Part shown: piece by piece, positions 24,150-28,630 of the stretch
Layout: every line of letters begins with the position of its first letter
Numbering within the stretch: position 1 is the first letter of the stretch
Origin: a virus
Taxonomy: Duplodnaviria > Caudoviricetes
Length of the DNA stretch: 28,630 nucleotides
Reading direction: 5' to 3' (one strand)
IMG/VR virus record: IMGVR_UViG_3300033067_000303
Span: 1-28,630 of that record
Program-made: the position numbers and the translations under genes
The notes under the pieces: model-generated
The model's database searches: none
Told to the model about the DNA's origin: nothing
Seen by the model: the letters and a program-made list of their open reading frames with translations, nothing else

Positions 24150-24733
24150 TGAATTCCCTTTCGTTTCTTGAGGATGCGGGTTTTTCTGCGGAATATCTTG
24201 GCGCCACGAATCAAGTAGTCGTCTTCGTAGCGCCGTGAGCGCGGTGCGTGTTTCAAGGACTCAAGACGCTCGGGCCCGTAGCGAAGCGCAATGCCACGTT
24301 CATGCTCGGCAACCATTCCGCCGTTATGCTTGTTGCACTGACTGCACTGCTTATTCAAATTCCAGAGGTGGAAGCGAAGGAATGAACTTCTTCCCCTTGG
24401 GATCAGATGGCCGGCGTGCCACTGCCCATTCCAATATCGATCCTTGTCGCAGCTAATGCAGCCCTCTTCAAAGTCACGGATGCGGACGTACTCATTTACC
24501 GCGTCTTGCATCTTGCCTTCTAGGTATCCAGGCTTCAGCCTTGCCAGCTTGTCGGCGTCGGCCCGCTTCTCTGCGCGCTGAGTCTTTACGCGCTCCATCT
24601 GCCGGCGCTTGCGCGTTGCCTCAGCGTGGCGAATGGCGAACTGCTCTCGGCACTTGTCGCTGTCACAGCAGGGCTGCATCTGGCGCGATGGCTGGAACTT
24701 GTTGCCACACTCGGGGCATTTTTTCGGCCTCAT
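24146..24733 (-). CDS. ninG: NinG/Rap-family recombination endonuclease
   Basis: N-terminal CPEC; N.YVR.RD...CISC...HAGH...LRF...N...QC..CN HNH-type motif. Confidence 0.9.
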   Translation of the reverse strand: MRPKKCPECGNKFQPSRQMQPCCDSDKCREQFAIRHAEATRKRRQMERVKTQRAEKRADADKLARLKPGYLEGKMQDAVNEYVRIRDFEEGCISCDKDRYWNGQWHAGHLIPRGRSSFLRFHLWNLNKQCSQCNKHNGGMVAEHERGIALRYGPERLESLKHAPRSRRYEDDYLIRGAKIFRRKTRILKKRKGIQ

Positions 24734-25137
24734 GCCGTCCGCCTTTCGTTTTCCGGATAGACATCAACGCCGCTCGTCACTGACATGGCAATCAGGAATT
24801 CCAGCCATGTGCTGAATGCTCCCTTGCCCATCTTGCTAGTACGCTGCTGGAGCATGATTACCTTTCCGTCAAATGCAGCCATGCGCATTTCGCCATTCCA
24901 GCATCCAGTCAAAACGTCTTTCCAGTCGTCGGCTGTTACCCACTGCATTTCGCCATTGATGCATAGTTGCTTTTGTTTGGCGAATGCTTCTAGGTACGGC
25001 CATTGCGCAGCGTTCTGGTCTAGTGTGCGAGTCGGTTCAGCAATCGTCACCACATGTCCTTCCTGCGCTTCCATGATGCGATTGCAGGCGGCGCGGCGGG
25101 CTATTTCTCCGGTCAGTTTCAGGATGATCTTAGTCAT
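24730..25137 (-). CDS. ninB: NinB/Orf-family recombination protein
   Basis: RTLDQNA..W, WKDV.T and RTSKM....F motifs. Confidence 0.9.
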   Translation of the reverse strand: MTKIILKLTGEIARRAACNRIMEAQEGHVVTIAEPTRTLDQNAAQWPYLEAFAKQKQLCINGEMQWVTADDWKDVLTGCWNGEMRMAAFDGKVIMLQQRTSKMGKGAFSTWLEFLIAMSVTSGVDVYPENERRTA

Positions 25138-25340
25138 TTGATGCGCTCACACTTAGCCGCAGCACAGGCCGGGTCAATCTGCCTGCGGTCGTACTTACAA
25201 TCCGTGGATGAATGGTCTGGTATCCAATTAACGACCACCTGCGGATACCCGTCGATAAACTCAACGCCACGGTGCAAGTAGCCGTCTTTACGCTGCTTGT
25301 TGGCGCAGGCGGTTAGGTCGGTGAAGTCAAGGACGCTCAT
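25134..25340 (-). CDS. Hypothetical Cys-containing protein
   Basis: MSVLD start at 25340; coupled overlaps at both ends. Confidence 0.65.
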   Translation of the reverse strand: MSVLDFTDLTACANKQRKDGYLHRGVEFIDGYPQVVVNWIPDHSSTDCKYDRRQIDPACAAAKCERIK

Positions 25341-25489
25341 TTCTTCACCCCGCCAGCCGCCTTGACCTCTGCCCATGCCTGCTCTTCGGCTTCTTCGCGC
25401 GTCTGCTGTCCGTCAAATTCGCGGATAGCTGCGCGTTCTTCGAATAGCTCTTTGAATGCTTCGTCTAGGTATTCGGATATGTGTTTCAT
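25337..25489 (-). CDS. Small protein with an FEERAAIREFDG motif (50 aa)
   Basis: MKHISEYLDEAFKELFEERAAIREFDGQQTREEAEEQAW...; ATGA overlaps on both sides; below the ORF-track cutoff. Confidence 0.7.
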   Translation of the reverse strand: MKHISEYLDEAFKELFEERAAIREFDGQQTREEAEEQAWAEVKAAGGVKK

Positions 25490-25764
25490 GCGGACAACCT
25501 CGCTTTCCAGAATGTACGTGCGCCTTGGCGGGCTTCATCTGACGTGGCGTATGCGCCTTCATGGAACAGAGCTAATGCTGCGGAGTCGTCGTTTCCCATC
25601 AGAACCTTTATTCGGTTCGTATAGTCGGCAACGTCATCGTCTGACCACTGGCCGTACTCCTTCATGTCATCAATGAAGCGTTTGAAGTTGCGGCGGTCTT
25701 GGTCTTCTGCGTCGGCCTTTGCATTGACTTCTGCAAGCCGAGCCATCGGGTTACGCGCATTCAT
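25486..25764 (-). CDS. Hypothetical protein
   Basis: MNARN start overlapping the dnaB stop. Confidence 0.65.
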   Translation of the reverse strand: MNARNPMARLAEVNAKADAEDQDRRNFKRFIDDMKEYGQWSDDDVADYTNRIKVLMGNDDSAALALFHEGAYATSDEARQGARTFWKARLSA

Positions 25765-27125
25765 CGTCCAAACCCCTTTTTGCTTGTTCTTTCTTCTGAT
25801 CCTGGCTGCGTCCATTCACGCGCTAGAACTTCAAAGCGGGTCTGGTCGCCAATGAATGCAAGAGGAACAACGCCGGTTTTTCCTTGGCGGTTCTTGCGGA
25901 TCAGGACTTCGCAAATGCCCTTGTCGTTGCTGTTCGGGTAGTAGTACTCATCCCGATAAAGCATCACAACAACGTCGGCGTCTTGCTCGATGTTCCCTGA
26001 GTCGCGCAGGTCAGATAGAACCGGGCGCTTATCCTGTCGGTCTTCGCACTTACGCGAAAGCTGGCAAAGGAGAACAACCGGTATGCACATTTCCTTTGCG
26101 AATGCCTTGAACGTCTTTGTGATCTGTCCTAGCTCGGAAACGGCCTTGGCTGAGTCGTAATCCATCAGGCCCAGCGCATCAACGATCAGCAGCTTTAGAC
26201 CATGACGGCGCTTTACCTGGCGCGCCTTGGACATGACTTCGTGAATGGATAAACCGCCTTCTTCGTCAATGAAGATAGGAAGCTCATTCAGACGACCGAC
26301 GCCAGCATTGATGCGCTGACCACTTTCGCCGCCCATCTTCGCGTCAAGAACGTCTTGCAAAGACACGCGGCCAAGCGTAGCAACCATCCGGTCAATCTGG
26401 TCTGTCTCGGACATCTCCATCGACATGATGGCGGTTTGATGTCCGTCCTTTGCTGCGTTGATGGCGAAGCAGTTCGTGAATGCCGATTTGCCCATTGAAG
26501 GACGACCGGCCACGATCACAAGGCTTCCATCCTGCAAACCGCCACCCATCTTTTCGTCCAACGAAGATAGGCCGGTCGATAACCCTCTGTTCTCGCCAGC
26601 ATGTCGGCGGGTCAGCGTTTCAACGTAATCGCTTAGTGCATCCGATACCTTGCGCGGCTGCTTTTGCTGGCGAGTCTCGGAGATAGCCATAACCAGCGAT
26701 TGCGCCTTGTTCAGCTTTTCCTTCGTCGGGCCATTCGCCATTACTGCCGAGCGGATTTCATCAACTGCGGCGAGTAACTGGCGTTCGATTGCCTTCGACT
26801 GGACTATCTCGGCATAGCGTTTGACGTTCGCGGCGCTTGGCGTGTTCTGCGCGATCTGTCCGAGATAAGGAAGACCGCCCGTCACATCATCAAGGCCGCG
26901 CTCTGAAATCGTTACGGCCAGCGTTACAACATCAATCTGCTTACCACTGGCTGACATCTCCACCATGACGCGGTAAATCTCACGGTGCGCTGCGACGTAG
27001 AAGTGTTCAGGCTTGAGCGTTGATATTTCATCAATCGCCGAGTGACGAATCAGGACTGCGCCGATAACGCTGAATTCTGCGTCAGTCGAGTGCGGGATGA
27101 AGTCGAGCATGTCTAGCGCGCTCAT
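25761..27125 (-). CDS. dnaB: DnaB-like replicative helicase
   Basis: GRPSMGKS, SMEM, QLSR..E.R.DKRP.LSDLRDSG.IEQDAD and KNRQG motifs. Confidence 0.96.
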   Translation of the reverse strand: MSALDMLDFIPHSTDAEFSVIGAVLIRHSAIDEISTLKPEHFYVAAHREIYRVMVEMSASGKQIDVVTLAVTISERGLDDVTGGLPYLGQIAQNTPSAANVKRYAEIVQSKAIERQLLAAVDEIRSAVMANGPTKEKLNKAQSLVMAISETRQQKQPRKVSDALSDYVETLTRRHAGENRGLSTGLSSLDEKMGGGLQDGSLVIVAGRPSMGKSAFTNCFAINAAKDGHQTAIMSMEMSETDQIDRMVATLGRVSLQDVLDAKMGGESGQRINAGVGRLNELPIFIDEEGGLSIHEVMSKARQVKRRHGLKLLIVDALGLMDYDSAKAVSELGQITKTFKAFAKEMCIPVVLLCQLSRKCEDRQDKRPVLSDLRDSGNIEQDADVVVMLYRDEYYYPNSNDKGICEVLIRKNRQGKTGVVPLAFIGDQTRFEVLAREWTQPGSEERTSKKGFGR

Positions 27126-28057
27126 GCTGCATCCCGGTGATACTTGTTCTCGAGGCACTTGGCGAACCCGGACGGCGACATCAGAAAATCAATGTCAGCA
27201 ATGAACGGTGGCTTCCCTGGCTGCGCTTGAGCCTTGCCGGTCAGGAAGTCTGATTCGGCGCATATCTCGAAGAACTGACGCCATGCAGCGATACCGCCTT
27301 CACGGTCAGAGTAGCCAAAGGGAGCGCAATCAAGCTCTGCCGCTTCTTTCCATCTGGCTCGGATGGTTTTACGCCTTGCTTCGTTCAGAACCTTGACCGC
27401 AGGGTTAAGCGGCATGAGTTCGTGGTACAGAGCAATGATCGTGTCAGCAGGACATGGAGGCTTGCCGATCTGCTGCACCGTTGCCGACTTGTCGGCGACA
27501 TGGGGTTGTTCTTCTTCTTTTGGAGACGGAGACGGAGACGGAGACGGAGACGGAGACGGAGACGGAGACGGAGACGGAGACGGAGACGGAGACGGAGACG
27601 GAGCAGTGCTAGTTTCTGCAACGTGCATGCTACTAGCAGAATTATTCTTTGCTACGTTCCTAGTAGCAGCATAATCAGGCATGCGCCTAGCAGCTTCTTC
27701 GCGTCCATGATGCTTGCACAGAGCATTGAATTTAGCCTTCTCGCTGCGCTGCTCGGAACCTGCTGCCCAAGGATTGTGTTCTTCCCAATCGTGGATTGAA
27801 TAACCTTTTTCGTCGTTCACATCAAGGAAGCCTACAGAGATGAGCGCATCAACAAATGCGCCGTCTTCTCCTGACCAATCAACGGCCAGTTCAATGTCTT
27901 CAGAAAGCATTCCTGTAAGCTCTCCATCCGGCTTGTTTTGAGCCGCCCACAGGATAAGGCAAACAAGCCTCCAGGCAGACTCTGCGCCAGCCTTCTTAAT
28001 CAGCTTCTTTGTCTTTGGATGCGATGGCAACGCCACGCAAATACGGGCGTCAATCAT
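27122..28057 (-). CDS. Phage replication initiator (O-like)
   Basis: HPKT N-terminal wHTH, IHDW.EHN motif, Ser-Pro linker, DFL......K..E..Y C-terminus; directly upstream of the helicase. Confidence 0.85.
   Translation of the reverse strand: MIDARICVALPSHPKTKKLIKKAGAESAWRLVCLILWAAQNKPDGELTGMLSEDIELAVDWSGEDGAFVDALISVGFLDVNDEKGYSIHDWEEHNPWAAGSEQRSEKAKFNALCKHHGREEAARRMPDYAATRNVAKNNSASSMHVAETSTAPSPSPSPSPSPSPSPSPSPSPSPSPSPKEEEQPHVADKSATVQQIGKPPCPADTIIALYHELMPLNPAVKVLNEARRKTIRARWKEAAELDCAPFGYSDREGGIAAWRQFFEICAESDFLTGKAQAQPGKPPFIADIDFLMSPSGFAKCLENKYHRDAA
27522..27603. repeat. Perfect hexamer microsatellite (GGAGAC)13
   Basis: 13 exact copies plus GGAG; encodes (Pro-Ser)n on the minus strand. Confidence 0.97.
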
Positions 28058-28257
28058 TTTGCAGATACCGTATTGATCTGTTGGATGATGCTTGCGAACT
28101 GCCCAAGCATTTCCTTAGTCACCCATGTCTTCTCTGACATGTGGCGAATCCATTCTGCGATCCAGTATTGGCTACTCAAATCACGAACTGGAATTTCGTA
28201 ATCGCATTCAGTGAAAACAACGAAATCACCATCATTGACTACGCTGATTTTTGACAT
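28054..28257 (-). CDS. Hypothetical protein
   Basis: MSKIS start at 28257 with a GGAG RBS; W..H..EK.WV motif. Confidence 0.65.
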   Translation of the reverse strand: MSKISVVNDGDFVVFTECDYEIPVRDLSSQYWIAEWIRHMSEKTWVTKEMLGQFASIIQQINTVSAK

Positions 28258-28280
28258 TACTATTTGCTCCATCAGATTAC

Positions 28281-28324
28281 GAACCCGAGCGGCTGGCAGG
28301 CCATCAAAGCTCGGGTTTTTCTTT
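28281..28324 (+). promoter_or_regulatory. Intergenic stem-loop, terminator-like on the antisense (+) strand
   Basis: AACCCGAGC...GCTCGGGTT followed by TTTCTTT. Confidence 0.45.
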
Positions 28325-28346
28325 GCCGTTTGACGCGACATGGTTT

Positions 28347-28565
28347 TCATTTGTCGAGGCTGTACTGCGCAACGCGGCAGCTTTCGCCGAATCGGTTTGT
28401 CACCTCGACGGTGCTCTTGATGACTTTGTGGCCGGATTCCTTCAAATCGAAGCATCGAGCGGCCAAGCGAAAAATCCCGAGCTCATTGAGCGCCACCATC
28501 GGATCAACCGGGCCACGTTCTAGGCGGGATAGAAGGCGATCACATTGGCTGCGCATTACGCCCAT
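28347..28565 (-). CDS. Winged helix-turn-helix protein
   Basis: Q..RLL..L..G....AL..LGIFRLAAR..DL...G..RVAQY.L pattern. Confidence 0.85.
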   Translation of the reverse strand: MGVMRSQCDRLLSRLERGPVDPMVALNELGIFRLAARCFDLKESGHKVIKSTVEVTNRFGESCRVAQYSLDK

Positions 28566-28630
28566 TCCTTGCAGCGTTCGTATGGATCAACGTGCTTGCC
28601 TTGGATGGGGCAGGCCAGCATTGGATACGA

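Noticed and set aside
27363-27799. Poly-Arg, (LR)n and (DG)n ORFs
   Set aside because: These are alternative-frame translations of the hexamer repeat.
5700-28523. Numerous short plus-strand ORFs within late and replication genes
   Set aside because: They are shadows of well-supported minus-strand genes and have no recognisable motifs.

Overview
This window is about two-thirds of a tailed dsDNA phage or prophage genome, probably of a proteobacterial host, with a podovirus-type virion module. The minus strand (about 28565 to 2669) is one long co-directional run. It contains an HTH protein, an O-like replication initiator, DnaB helicase, NinB, NinG and a TraR/DksA-like Zn finger. These are followed by terminase, portal, a beta-helix spike, scaffold, major capsid, adaptor, tail tube, a PT-TG/ADP-ribosyltransferase-like protein, a GNAT-like protein, four ejection proteins, a tail fibre, holins and a lysozyme. 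The plus-strand left end (1-2470) is the standout. It is an array of small phage-type genes separated by five integron attC-like sites and closed by an attI-like site. The attC sites are canonical on the minus strand, so every gene is antisense to its attC. The R boxes at the two ends of each cassette are complementary, as expected for real excisable cassettes. Each reading frame runs into the next site in the same frame (...x-N-A), usually taking its stop codon from it. No integron integrase is present in the window. A second unexplained element is a six-copy GNRA-type hairpin placed just upstream of the start codons of structural genes.
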